Positions 55,708 through 64,000 of a stretch of 64,000 nt of DNA are shown here, piece after piece. The translations under genes were made by a program, and so were the position numbers. The DNA is taken from assembly GCA_041740735.1 (NCBI GenBank), contig JBGSLL010000058.1, positions 17,783-81,782 of the forward strand. The letters are read 5' to 3'. The notes under the pieces were generated by a model. The model was not told the origin of the DNA. It saw nothing but the letters and a program-made list of their open reading frames with translations, and searched no databases. The number at the start of each line of letters is the position of its first letter. The stretch's first letter is position 1. Source of the DNA: Rhodopirellula sp. Its GTDB lineage: Bacteria > Planctomycetota > Planctomycetia > Pirellulales > Pirellulaceae.

Positions 55708-56097
55708 ATGAGTAGTTGGCTCAATTTGATGGTTGTAGCTGTTGGCGGAGCGATCGGCTCTCTCATGAGATATTGGGTCACACTCGCCGCAGCATCGGTC
55801 CCGGGCGGGAGCACGATGCTTGGCACCACGATCGTTAATGTGCTTGGTTGTGCCGCAATCGGTGCTTTAGCGGAATACAGCCTCATCACAGAGAACTTTT
55901 CACCTCGATCCACGCTTGCGCTAAGAGTCGGCTTTCTCGGCGCTTTTACGACATTTTCCACATTCGCGGCTGAGTCGACTCTTCTCGCAGGACAGCAGCG
56001 ACTTGGGGCCGCATTTTTTTACGTCGCTGCAAATTTGCTTTTCGGGTGGGGGGCATTGATGTTAGCCGCAATATGGGTCAAAGGATGGAGCACATGA
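55708..56097 (+). CDS. crcB: fluoride ion channel
   Basis: 129 aa, 4 TM, with GGAIGSLMRYWV and GFLGAFTTFSTF motifs. Confidence 0.9.
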   Translation: MSSWLNLMVVAVGGAIGSLMRYWVTLAAASVPGGSTMLGTTIVNVLGCAAIGALAEYSLITENFSPRSTLALRVGFLGAFTTFSTFAAESTLLAGQQRLGAAFFYVAANLLFGWGALMLAAIWVKGWST

Positions 56098-58691
56098 ATC
56101 GAAGCCTTTATGTTCTGTTGTTGGTAGTCGCTAGCTCGGTTACTGAATCTATCAAAACGTCCGCCCAAATCTCGCTTCAGCCCCCTGCGATTTATACCCA
56201 GACAGTGCTCTTGCGCGAGGAGGCTTCCTTGAAAGCAATTGCATTTGCCCCTGATGATTCGACTGGGATCGCTGTCGGTGAACACGGGACGATTCTTCGA
56301 TCCATTGATGGAGGAGCGTCTTGGGCGATCCAGCAGAGTTCTGTTGCTTCCGGATTGTTCGATGTGATTTGGACCAGCAACCAAAACGTGGTTGTTGTTG
56401 GGGGGCAGTTTGATCGCATTACCCAAATGGGTCGCGCGGTGGTCCTTTTCTCAAACGATGCTGGGCACTCGTGGAAACGTGGGAACGACGAAGAATTACC
56501 TTTTCTCCATTCACTCTCGCTGCGAAAAGAGGATCATGCGCTCATTGCGAAAGGTCATTGGTCTTCCATTGTGCTTTCGAGCGAGTTTGAAAGTCACGAT
56601 GGCGGGCAAACATGGGGTAGCACGGGTGAGCTCGGGGGGGAGCCTCTGATTGAGCCCGAATCGAAGTCTGCCATTCGGTCGGCTTGGGTTTCTGCGACAG
56701 GAGCACAGGCGGTCATTCGTGATGTCGTGGAGCGAGCAAATTCAGAAATTTTCGCTGTCGGTGATCATGGCGCGATTTTGCACAGGGATCGAGCGAGCGG
56801 TCGATGGAAAACCATTCGGGGTGAGAGTCGGCACGCGTTGGTACTTATCGTTGCAAGAGATCCCTCATCGGTCCCGTGGCCGCTCGTTGGCAGTGAATCG
56901 CTTGAGTTTCATTCTCGCGTTGCCATTTTGCTGGAATCCCCGAATACTGTTTCGACGAGTAACGCCGATTCGGAGAAGTGGCTTTACTTAGCTCGCCAAG
57001 CTGCTTCATCGCTAGGGGCTACGTCGGTTGATACCATTGATTCGTCCGAAGCGATTCCTTCCGAAGCGAAAAATTGGCTGGCCATCCATCGGCCTACTGT
57101 CGTGGTCATTGATCAATCGCTTCGAGATGCAACGAGTACGGCTTTTGCTCAGGCCGCCGTTTCATCAGGTGCCACACGCGTCATTCGATACGGTGTTGGA
57201 AGTGTGGGAGAGATGTCCGTTCATGGCGGAGCAATGCTGCCCTCCGCAGGTGTGCTTGCGAGTGATCTGTGGAATGATTCGATTCAACTTGTTGCACCTG
57301 AGAGGCAAGTCGCAGAGGCGATTTCGCTACGTGTCATGTACGACGTATCGGGGGAACCGATGCGGGGCGAGTCTGTGACTTCGGGGTTGACGATTTCAGA
57401 TTCAGAAAAACTTTCCGCTTCATTTATTCCAGCAAATCGACGCCAGTTGCAGATCGTTCAGGCACGCATGAGTGAAGCGAAACGTGTGGAACAGTTGATT
57501 CGGACCAGTCCAACCGAAGCTTTTTTTACGCATTCACTTAAGACAATTCTCGATCAAACCGCTCAAGACGACCAGTTCCGACTGGCTTGGTTGATCCAGT
57601 CGAAACTGGCTTCGTTGAGCTCCGAAACCTTTCCCGATTCTATTCTTTTCCAGCAAGCCGCCCTTGGTGAATTTGCAAGACGTTTTGCAGATCATTCGAT
57701 GGGAGAGTGGTGTTCATTGCGAGCGGATTCAATGCGAAATAGCGAAGAGTGGAAACGATTGAAGAAAGTCACCCCATCGGGTCGCGTCGAAAATTCAAGT
57801 GGCTCGATTCACCAAGTTTCTCACGTTGCCATCTCCCCTTTTGAAGTTCAGGGCTCCTCACAAGATTCCACTGGCGTCCAGCAGGCCTCCTCGTTGTCTC
57901 CGATTCGTGTGGCTGAACCAACCCATATCGAGATTGGAGCGAAACCGGTTGCACCGAGATCATCTGAGATAGATCTGGCGTGGGAATTTCATCCGCTGGT
58001 CTTGATTGCGAATGAGGCAGCGCGCCAGAGAGGAGACAATCTTGACGCATCGAGCAACCATTCGCTCGAAGAAGTGGGGAGAGTTTCGAGCAACCTAGAG
58101 CGATTGCTCGAAAGTGAATCATCAAACCCGTGGACAGATCTTCTTCGTGGTCGCGGTACATGTGGTCTTTTTGCCACGAAAGTCGACTCGCGTCCCAAAC
58201 TTGACGGTGAGGATGATGAAGCTTGTTGGGCTGGCGCGGGCAATGATTCAGGGTTTCGAATCGCCTACGATGACGAGTTTGTCTACCTCTTCGCCAAGTA
58301 TCCTTCATCATTGCTCAAGCGGGAAGCCGAGACTGAGAGTACGGAGAGAAAACGTGACTATGATCTACGGATGTCCGATCGTCTGAGAATCTCCATTGAT
58401 GTCGACATGGATTTAATGACAGCGTACCGTTTGGAGACCACGGCATCAGGAAAGACACATGATAGCGTCGATGGACAATCGGAATGGCAGCCCACTTGGT
58501 ACGTGGCGACGAAGAACCGTGACGAATACCTTCAATTTGAAATTGCGATCTTACGGCGTGATCTCACGGATCTCCCCTTGTACCCTGGACAACATTGGTT
58601 TGTTTCGTTTGAAACGATCCCGTCAGGCAAACCTTCCGCGACGCCCCCAATTCCAAAGCCAAGCGATTGGAAGAACGTGACGCTTCGATGA
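56094..58691 (+). CDS. secreted protein with an N-terminal BNR/Asp-box beta-propeller (Ycf48-like) and a C-terminal CBM9/DOMON-like domain
   Basis: The ATG at 56094 overlaps the crcB stop (ATGA). Signal peptide MNRSLYVLLLVVASS. Asp-boxes SIDGGASW, SNDAGHSW and SHDGGQTW. The C-terminal pattern DGEDDEACW...YDDEFVYLFA...DRLRISIDVD...W...FEIAI resembles CBM9. Confidence 0.6.
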   Translation: MNRSLYVLLLVVASSVTESIKTSAQISLQPPAIYTQTVLLREEASLKAIAFAPDDSTGIAVGEHGTILRSIDGGASWAIQQSSVASGLFDVIWTSNQNVVVVGGQFDRITQMGRAVVLFSNDAGHSWKRGNDEELPFLHSLSLRKEDHALIAKGHWSSIVLSSEFESHDGGQTWGSTGELGGEPLIEPESKSAIRSAWVSATGAQAVIRDVVERANSEIFAVGDHGAILHRDRASGRWKTIRGESRHALVLIVARDPSSVPWPLVGSESLEFHSRVAILLESPNTVSTSNADSEKWLYLARQAASSLGATSVDTIDSSEAIPSEAKNWLAIHRPTVVVIDQSLRDATSTAFAQAAVSSGATRVIRYGVGSVGEMSVHGGAMLPSAGVLASDLWNDSIQLVAPERQVAEAISLRVMYDVSGEPMRGESVTSGLTISDSEKLSASFIPANRRQLQIVQARMSEAKRVEQLIRTSPTEAFFTHSLKTILDQTAQDDQFRLAWLIQSKLASLSSETFPDSILFQQAALGEFARRFADHSMGEWCSLRADSMRNSEEWKRLKKVTPSGRVENSSGSIHQVSHVAISPFEVQGSSQDSTGVQQASSLSPIRVAEPTHIEIGAKPVAPRSSEIDLAWEFHPLVLIANEAARQRGDNLDASSNHSLEEVGRVSSNLERLLESESSNPWTDLLRGRGTCGLFATKVDSRPKLDGEDDEACWAGAGNDSGFRIAYDDEFVYLFAKYPSSLLKREAETESTERKRDYDLRMSDRLRISIDVDMDLMTAYRLETTASGKTHDSVDGQSEWQPTWYVATKNRDEYLQFEIAILRRDLTDLPLYPGQHWFVSFETIPSGKPSATPPIPKPSDWKNVTLR

Positions 58692-58743
58692 TTTCAGAAA
58701 TGCAAATTAAGGGTCGTACCGGACACTTATTTCCCGCTCGATG

Positions 58744-60042
58744 CTAAGTCGCAGGCGACGCTGGCGCACTTGAATCATCGGCGTCTGCAGTTTGCAATGA
58801 GCGAATGAAATTGATGATGTGCCAAACATCATCTCGCTCGAACTGTCCCGGCGAAAACGTCGCCGCAGGCATCGGCGTTCCATCGATCCCTTGAGTGATC
58901 CGGCGATACAAATCTTCGGAATCGGAACCACCATGGAACAATCCTTCGGCAAAATTACGCGGGATTGCATTGATCGGAGGGAGTGCGCCTCGCGCCAAAA
59001 GTGGAATCAGTGACTCGCGATCCTCGGGCTTCAGACCGACCCTTGCGGTCCAATCTTTCGTCCATTCGTCGTAGTCGGTTGTTTGTCCGTTTCCAAGCCC
59101 TTGTTCGCCATGACACTTGCTGCAAGATGCAACCTTTCCGATAAACAATTCGCGTCCGCGAGCAACAGATGCCGCGAGTGTTTTTGATTTGAATCCTTTG
59201 CTCATCTCAATGTACTCTTTTCGTGAGTTCGCGACGGGAATGTCCTCGGGGGGATTGGGAACTTCAAGGACTTCATCTTCGGCGTCGAGCCAAGAACCGC
59301 CAATGTCTCCTGCGATCTCTTCTGCAATGGACCACTGTTCCTCGAATTCCTCTTTCTCTTCTTCGTTGGCACTGTCGGCAAGTGCAGGGTTGATGATTCG
59401 CTCTCCCGCTTCGAAGTCGACTCCTTCGAGAATCGCATCGTCGATCAGAGCCCGTTCCGTTTCACCGCGCCAAGACAAATAAATGACGTAATCTGTGATC
59501 GCTTGCACATCTTCTTCGGTCAAAGTGGGGATCTTGACCATTGCGGTTCCTGCGATGCCGTTGCGAATCGAGCGGGCGACGTCTTCCCGAGTCGGTTTCG
59601 AGCCGAGGGGAGTCGACTTGAATTTGAAAACACCCATTCGATAGTCTCGCGGGTAGGGATTTAAAATCGCGGCTTGTGTTCCTCGCCCGTTGCCGGTCAC
59701 CCCGTGGCAATTGGCACAATGCTTTCGGTAAAGTCCCCGCCCCTCGGCTTCAGGAGGTCCAGACGCGCGAACGAGATTATCGAGGCTGACGAGCGACGCT
59801 AAGTCTTCATCTTCAGAAACAAAGTCCGGTAATTTGGGATCATTCGGGGTGCCAAACATTTTCGTCGTGACCCACATCGCGTCATCCGATGCTTGATCCA
59901 TCGGTACCTTATCTTTGATTTGGTATTTCATCGCATGAACGAGATTGGGTTCGAAGGTGACCGGCGATTCCTCCTTTTGGCAGCCTGTGATTGCAAAAAC
60001 GACGAGGCCAGCAAGGATGATGTTGATTTTGGGAAAGGACAT
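58744..60042 (-). CDS. di-heme c-type cytochrome lipoprotein
   Basis: Lipobox AITGCQ and two CxxCH motifs (CANCHG, CSKCHG). Confidence 0.75.
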   Translation of the reverse strand: MSFPKINIILAGLVVFAITGCQKEESPVTFEPNLVHAMKYQIKDKVPMDQASDDAMWVTTKMFGTPNDPKLPDFVSEDEDLASLVSLDNLVRASGPPEAEGRGLYRKHCANCHGVTGNGRGTQAAILNPYPRDYRMGVFKFKSTPLGSKPTREDVARSIRNGIAGTAMVKIPTLTEEDVQAITDYVIYLSWRGETERALIDDAILEGVDFEAGERIINPALADSANEEEKEEFEEQWSIAEEIAGDIGGSWLDAEDEVLEVPNPPEDIPVANSRKEYIEMSKGFKSKTLAASVARGRELFIGKVASCSKCHGEQGLGNGQTTDYDEWTKDWTARVGLKPEDRESLIPLLARGALPPINAIPRNFAEGLFHGGSDSEDLYRRITQGIDGTPMPAATFSPGQFERDDVWHIINFIRSLQTADADDSSAPASPAT

Positions 60043-60329
60043 TTCTCAGGCTTTCATTGTTCGAGGCTGTCAGAGGTCGAGAGGCGGGACACCCATCTCA
60101 GCTCATTCTAACGAAATTCAATGCTTTTCGTCATAGGCACAGATTGTCGCGGAAACAAATCCTCATTTAGTAGACAACCTCCATCGGTCGGATAAAAAGC
60201 CTGAAAAGGATCTTGTTTGATAACCCCTGGGCGACTTGGCGTGTCTGGTCGACAATATCGACGAACGAAACTCCACAGAAAGTCTGTGGGGTTTGCAACA
60301 ACTATTTCACCCTTTTGGCTTTTTGTGAC

Positions 60330-61616
60330 ATGAGTCAACCATTCGACGCGGATACGCCTAACATCGATGCACCCGCAATTCAACCCTTGACGACGGACCC
60401 CGTGCCAGAGCCGTTTGAAGTGAAATTTGCCTCACGTGTCGACAGATTGCCTCCTTACATGTTCGGGCGAATCAACAATTCGTTGTATCAAAAACGGCGT
60501 GCTGGCGATGATGTGATCGACCTTGGAATGGGAAATCCGTCGGACCCTCCGCATCCCGATGTGATCCAAAAACTAACGGATGCTGCGTCGGACCCTGGGA
60601 ATCATGGCTACAGCAAGTCGAACGGGATCGTGAACCTGCGCCGCGAAGTTGCGAGCAAGTACAACCGCCAGTACGGTGTACGTCTCGATCCCGATTCTGA
60701 GATCATTGCTTGTTTGGGAAGCAAAGAAGGCTTCTCGCATATGTGTCTCGCCTTGATGGGGCCTGGTGACACGGCGATGATTCCTTCGCCATTCTTCCCT
60801 GTTCACATGTATGGGGTGATTTTGGCGAGTGGCAATGTCGTGGCGCTCGACGTTGCCGATCCTGATCGTTTCTTGCGAAATGTGGCTTACACATGTGAGC
60901 ACATGGCTCCCCGGCCCAAAATTCTAATCATCAATTATCCGCACAACCCTTCGTCAGCGGTCATCGAGCCCGACTTCTTTGTTGAAGTAGTTCGTTTGGC
61001 GAAGAAGTATAAGTTCATGGTGATCCACGACTTTGCTTATGCCGACGTTGCTTACGATGGATACAAGCCGCCGAGCTACTTGAGCGCAAACGGAGCGAAG
61101 GACGTTGGCGTTGAGTTCACGACGATGAGCAAAGGTTACAACATGGCCGGTTGGCGAGTCGGCTTTTGTGCGGGGAACTCCGAAATGATCCGTGGCCTTG
61201 GCACGATCAAAGGTTATTACGATTACGGAATGTTCCAAGCCATCCAAATCGCCGCAATCGTAGCTCTGAGAGAGACCGAAGCCAACGTTGCGAATCAGTC
61301 GTTGATTTATCAAGGTCGCCGAGACGTTTTGGTCAGCGGACTGAGACGCCTCGGATGGAACGTCACCCCGCCCAAGGCAGGCATGTTTGTTTGGGCCGAA
61401 GTTCCTGAGCCATGGAAGAGCAAAATGAGCACCATGGACTTCGCCATGAAATTGCTCGAAGAAGGAAATGTCGCCGTCAGCCCTGGCAGCGGTTTTGGTA
61501 CCGGAGGCGAGGGGTTCCTGCGCATGTCGCTCGTTGAAAATGAGCAACGATTGCGGCAAGCGGTGCGGCAAATTGCCAAGTGCTTGTCTCAATCGAGTTC
61601 ACCGGCCCCCGCCTGA
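60330..61616 (+). CDS. class I/II PLP-dependent aminotransferase (AlaA/aspartate aminotransferase-like)
   Basis: INYPHNPS, the [12 protein letters not shown] Lys motif and LRMS near the C-terminus. Start at the ATG at 60330 (MSQPFD); the ORF track begins at 60213. Confidence 0.85.
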   Translation: MSQPFDADTPNIDAPAIQPLTTDPVPEPFEVKFASRVDRLPPYMFGRINNSLYQKRRAGDDVIDLGMGNPSDPPHPDVIQKLTDAASDPGNHGYSKSNGIVNLRREVASKYNRQYGVRLDPDSEIIACLGSKEGFSHMCLALMGPGDTAMIPSPFFPVHMYGVILASGNVVALDVADPDRFLRNVAYTCEHMAPRPKILIINYPHNPSSAVIEPDFFVEVVRLAKKYKFMVIHDFAYADVAYDGYKPPSYLSANGAKDVGVEFTTMSKGYNMAGWRVGFCAGNSEMIRGLGTIKGYYDYGMFQAIQIAAIVALRETEANVANQSLIYQGRRDVLVSGLRRLGWNVTPPKAGMFVWAEVPEPWKSKMSTMDFAMKLLEEGNVAVSPGSGFGTGGEGFLRMSLVENEQRLRQAVRQIAKCLSQSSSPAPA

Positions 61617-62327
61617 TGCTGATTGCAATCGTGAAAGTCCGCCGTCGATGCCGATCACTTGTCCGGTGATCCAGCCGCTTTGGGGACTGAGCAAAAATGT
61701 AGCCATCGAAGCGATATCGTCGACCGTCCCGATTCGACCGAGAGGATACATCGACGACATCGCATTTCGTTTAGCCTCATTTGAAAGAAATGATTTTGAG
61801 AGAGGTGTATCGGTCAGCGCCGGAGCGATGCAGTTGACTCGAATCTTGGGAGCAAGTTCCGCTGCCCAACACCGAGTGATCGATTCGACAGCCCCTTTCG
61901 CGGCGGAGACCGAGGTGTGCATTCCGATGCCTCGCTCAACAGCCACTGTGCCAAACATCACTACACTGGACTGATCGACGGACTTAAGCGACGGGAGCAC
62001 TCGCTGCATCACTCGCACTGCTCCAACGACATTGAGTTCAAAATCGCTTCGCATCTGCTCGAGTTTGAGGAGTCGTAAGGGGGCCAAGTTGATGGATCCC
62101 GGACAGTAAGCCATTCCATCGAGCGAGTCGGGTAACGGCAATCCATCGAGTTCTTCGGTTGTGATGTCAGCGATCACATGCTTGAGGTGAGGCGATTGAA
62201 TCGTTTCAAGTGAGCCGTGCGTCCTCGAAACGACCGTCACGGCCATCCCCTGGGCGATAAGTCGCTCAGTGATGCCAAATCCAATGCCATGACTTCCACC
62301 GACCACGAGATAATGTTTGATATTCAT
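61599..62327 (-). CDS. short-chain dehydrogenase/reductase (SDR)
   Basis: [11 protein letters not shown] cofactor motif, SAAKGAV (a YxxxK-region variant), and IAPALTDTP. Confidence 0.85.
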   Translation of the reverse strand: MNIKHYLVVGGSHGIGFGITERLIAQGMAVTVVSRTHGSLETIQSPHLKHVIADITTEELDGLPLPDSLDGMAYCPGSINLAPLRLLKLEQMRSDFELNVVGAVRVMQRVLPSLKSVDQSSVVMFGTVAVERGIGMHTSVSAAKGAVESITRCWAAELAPKIRVNCIAPALTDTPLSKSFLSNEAKRNAMSSMYPLGRIGTVDDIASMATFLLSPQSGWITGQVIGIDGGLSRLQSASGGGR

Positions 62328-62445
62328 TTTTATGCCTTAGCCTAGGCCGATACTCTTGATGAGTTTCGCTACCCTCGATTCAAAACTTGACAAAGCGACG
62401 ACGGACTGTAGGGGGCGACAACAAAACGTAAAGGTTCGTTTTGCA

Positions 62446-64000
62446 TCACTCGCTCCGCAACGATTCGAGCAGCGGCATTTTGGAAATCTGGCGGACAGCA
62501 AACAGCCCTGCAAGCAATCCGAATATCACGATTCCTAAAACAATCAACAGCGGCTCGATCCAAGGGGGACGAATGCCGCTGAGCATTCCGTAAGGCAGTA
62601 CCGCGAGAATCGCACACACTGCCCCACAGCCAATTCCAACCAACAACAAGATCGCAGTCTCTTTCATCACGAGGCCCGACAAACGTTCTCGTGTGAACCC
62701 AATCGCTCGCATTACAGCCAGTTCGCTGCGGCGCTGAAGCACGCTCCGCACTTGAGAGATTGCAAGCCCCACCGTACCTAATAACAAGCCAAGCGTCCCC
62801 AGACTTTGAAAAGTTCGCAGATAGGTATTTTGCACCGCCATCATGCTCGATAAAACGGCATCGGTTTGTGACACGTCGAATCCCACATCACCGAGCCGAT
62901 TCTCAAGTACAGAAGCCACTTTCTCCGAGTCACTATGGGATTCGATCAAGAAAAATCGATAGCCGCTAATGTTGGGGAACGCGCGCTGGAAATTTGCTTC
63001 CCCAATGAGCAACTTTCCTTGCAGGAGCGTATTTGAAAGCAGTCCCACAACTTTTAAATAAACCAATTTACCTGCTTCGAACTCAAACGCTTTGGTCTCT
63101 CCGATCCCTTTTTGCATTTGCAGACTCCACATTGCGGTGTTGAGGTCGATCACCACCGGAATCGGATCGTCGGCAGTGCCGCTCGCCTTTGTCGCAAGCA
63201 ATTCCCAAGCGGTTTGTCCTTCGGCGAGAGTCGCATGATTTGCCCAATCAAAACCGGGAAGCTCTGATTCATTCATTTGTAGCAGTTTGCCAAAGCTCTC
63301 CGGCACACCGAGCACAGTAGGGTTCGTCGCTTGATAAAGATTGTTGCAACTCGCGTCCTGGCCCAACCGCATCCGCATCGGAGCAACCAGCGAAGAACTC
63401 AGGAAGGTTGTATCGGGTCCGAGTATTTCCGATCGAATCTTTGGATCGGCGAGATCCCGATAGAATGGCTGAGAGGTTTGGGCGACAAGGTCAAATCCAC
63501 CCGTCCCTTTCTCAGTCGGTCGAAGTTGAAACGCTGTGATGGCGATGATAAGGAACGCCGCAGTCGCCATCAATCCAATGGTGAGCGTGCTGCGAAGTGG
63601 ATTGCGAGAAGCATTTCGGATAGCGAGCGTCGTAGTATTAAAAGAATTCGTGTGAATCGATTTTTCAATTTTACGAGGACGTTTTAATCGGTCGTAAACG
63701 GTCATCAGGACGGCGACTAGCAGTAGCATGCCGCCCCCGACAAAGCCACCTGCTGCTGATTGACCTCCCGCAGAAGCTCCTGCACCGGCGATCACGATTG
63801 CGATTAAACCTATCGCGATGGCAATCCACTTCAACCGACTCTGTCCACCGGTAATTGCCTGCCTCGCGATGGATTGATCTTCGTCTTTACCCACCAAAAG
63901 GGTTTGGGCGTCCACTCGCACGATCGACCGGATGGTCATTGCGAGCGTCAACAGGGCAACGAGCCAACTGGTAATCGCTCCGATTAATAAACTCTTCATG
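62446..64000 (-). CDS. ABC transporter permease, FtsX/MacB type, C-terminal part (gene probably continues past the right edge)
   Basis: C-terminal FtsX domain (three TMs after a large periplasmic loop). The extra TM helices at the window edge suggest a two-FtsX-domain permease whose N-terminus lies outside the window. Confidence 0.7.
   Translation of the reverse strand, partial: MKSLLIGAITSWLVALLTLAMTIRSIVRVDAQTLLVGKDEDQSIARQAITGGQSRLKWIAIAIGLIAIVIAGAGASAGGQSAAGGFVGGGMLLLVAVLMTVYDRLKRPRKIEKSIHTNSFNTTTLAIRNASRNPLRSTLTIGLMATAAFLIIAITAFQLRPTEKGTGGFDLVAQTSQPFYRDLADPKIRSEILGPDTTFLSSSLVAPMRMRLGQDASCNNLYQATNPTVLGVPESFGKLLQMNESELPGFDWANHATLAEGQTAWELLATKASGTADDPIPVVIDLNTAMWSLQMQKGIGETKAFEFEAGKLVYLKVVGLLSNTLLQGKLLIGEANFQRAFPNISGYRFFLIESHSDSEKVASVLENRLGDVGFDVSQTDAVLSSMMAVQNTYLRTFQSLGTLGLLLGTVGLAISQVRSVLQRRSELAVMRAIGFTRERLSGLVMKETAILLLVGIGCGAVCAILAVLPYGMLSGIRPPWIEPLLIVLGIVIFGLLAGLFAVRQISKMPLLESLRSE

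Noticed and set aside
1-64000. A search for CRISPR arrays, tRNA/rRNA genes, transposases, integrases, or toxin-antitoxin and restriction-type defence genes.
   Set aside because: Reading the sequence and the ORF track turned up no regularly spaced repeats, no tRNA T-loop-like GGTTCGAATCC-type motifs in intergenic DNA, and no ORF with recombinase or nuclease motifs. A by-eye scan could miss small RNAs.

Overview
This 64-kb window looks like chromosomal DNA from a Planctomycetota genome, probably Pirellulales-like. The lineage call rests on hallmark genes: a DUF1559 prepilin-type H-X9-DG protein, a PVC-type membrane-bound dehydrogenase with a CxxCH heme domain, a sulfatase, a TIGR02999-type ECF sigma factor next to a Ser/Thr kinase with WD40 repeats, and a formaldehyde-activating-enzyme homologue. 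I recognise about 50 protein-coding genes. I found no rRNA, tRNA, CRISPR array, transposase or integrase.

Most genes are housekeeping: upp, miaE, ftsY, sucA, ilvB, crcB, trxC, a Dus-family synthase, an FKBP isomerase, glutathione peroxidase, a rhomboid protease, an ABC-F ATPase, and an ABC/HlyD exporter. They are interleaved with envelope and polysaccharide genes: a WecA-like initiating transferase, a Wza-like exporter, and an epimerase/GT2/membrane-protein module.

The most unusual region is a tightly packed seven-gene minus-strand operon at 10849-19333. It is built around an HscC-type (non-DnaK) Hsp70 and a membrane-anchored J-domain protein. The other five products are a secreted 632-aa protein, a single-pass proline-rich protein, a TPR protein, and two small paralogous helical proteins that resemble WXG100/ESAT-6 hairpins but carry W-R-x-x-Q-Q instead of W-x-G. 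This operon is divergently arranged with a secreted Sel1-repeat gene that is translationally coupled to an ECF sigma factor. A convergent transmembrane Ser/Thr kinase with WD40 repeats follows.

Other observations:
- a porin-like protein with a 14-cysteine N-terminal module
- a frameshifted DUF1559 gene
- a markedly low-GC membrane-protein gene in a glycosylation module
- a sulfatase with C-x-V-x-R in place of C-x-P-x-R
- crcB overlapping a large BNR/CBM9-like secreted protein

All calls come from reading the ORF translations and the DNA by eye. Start codons are often uncertain, and no database search was run.
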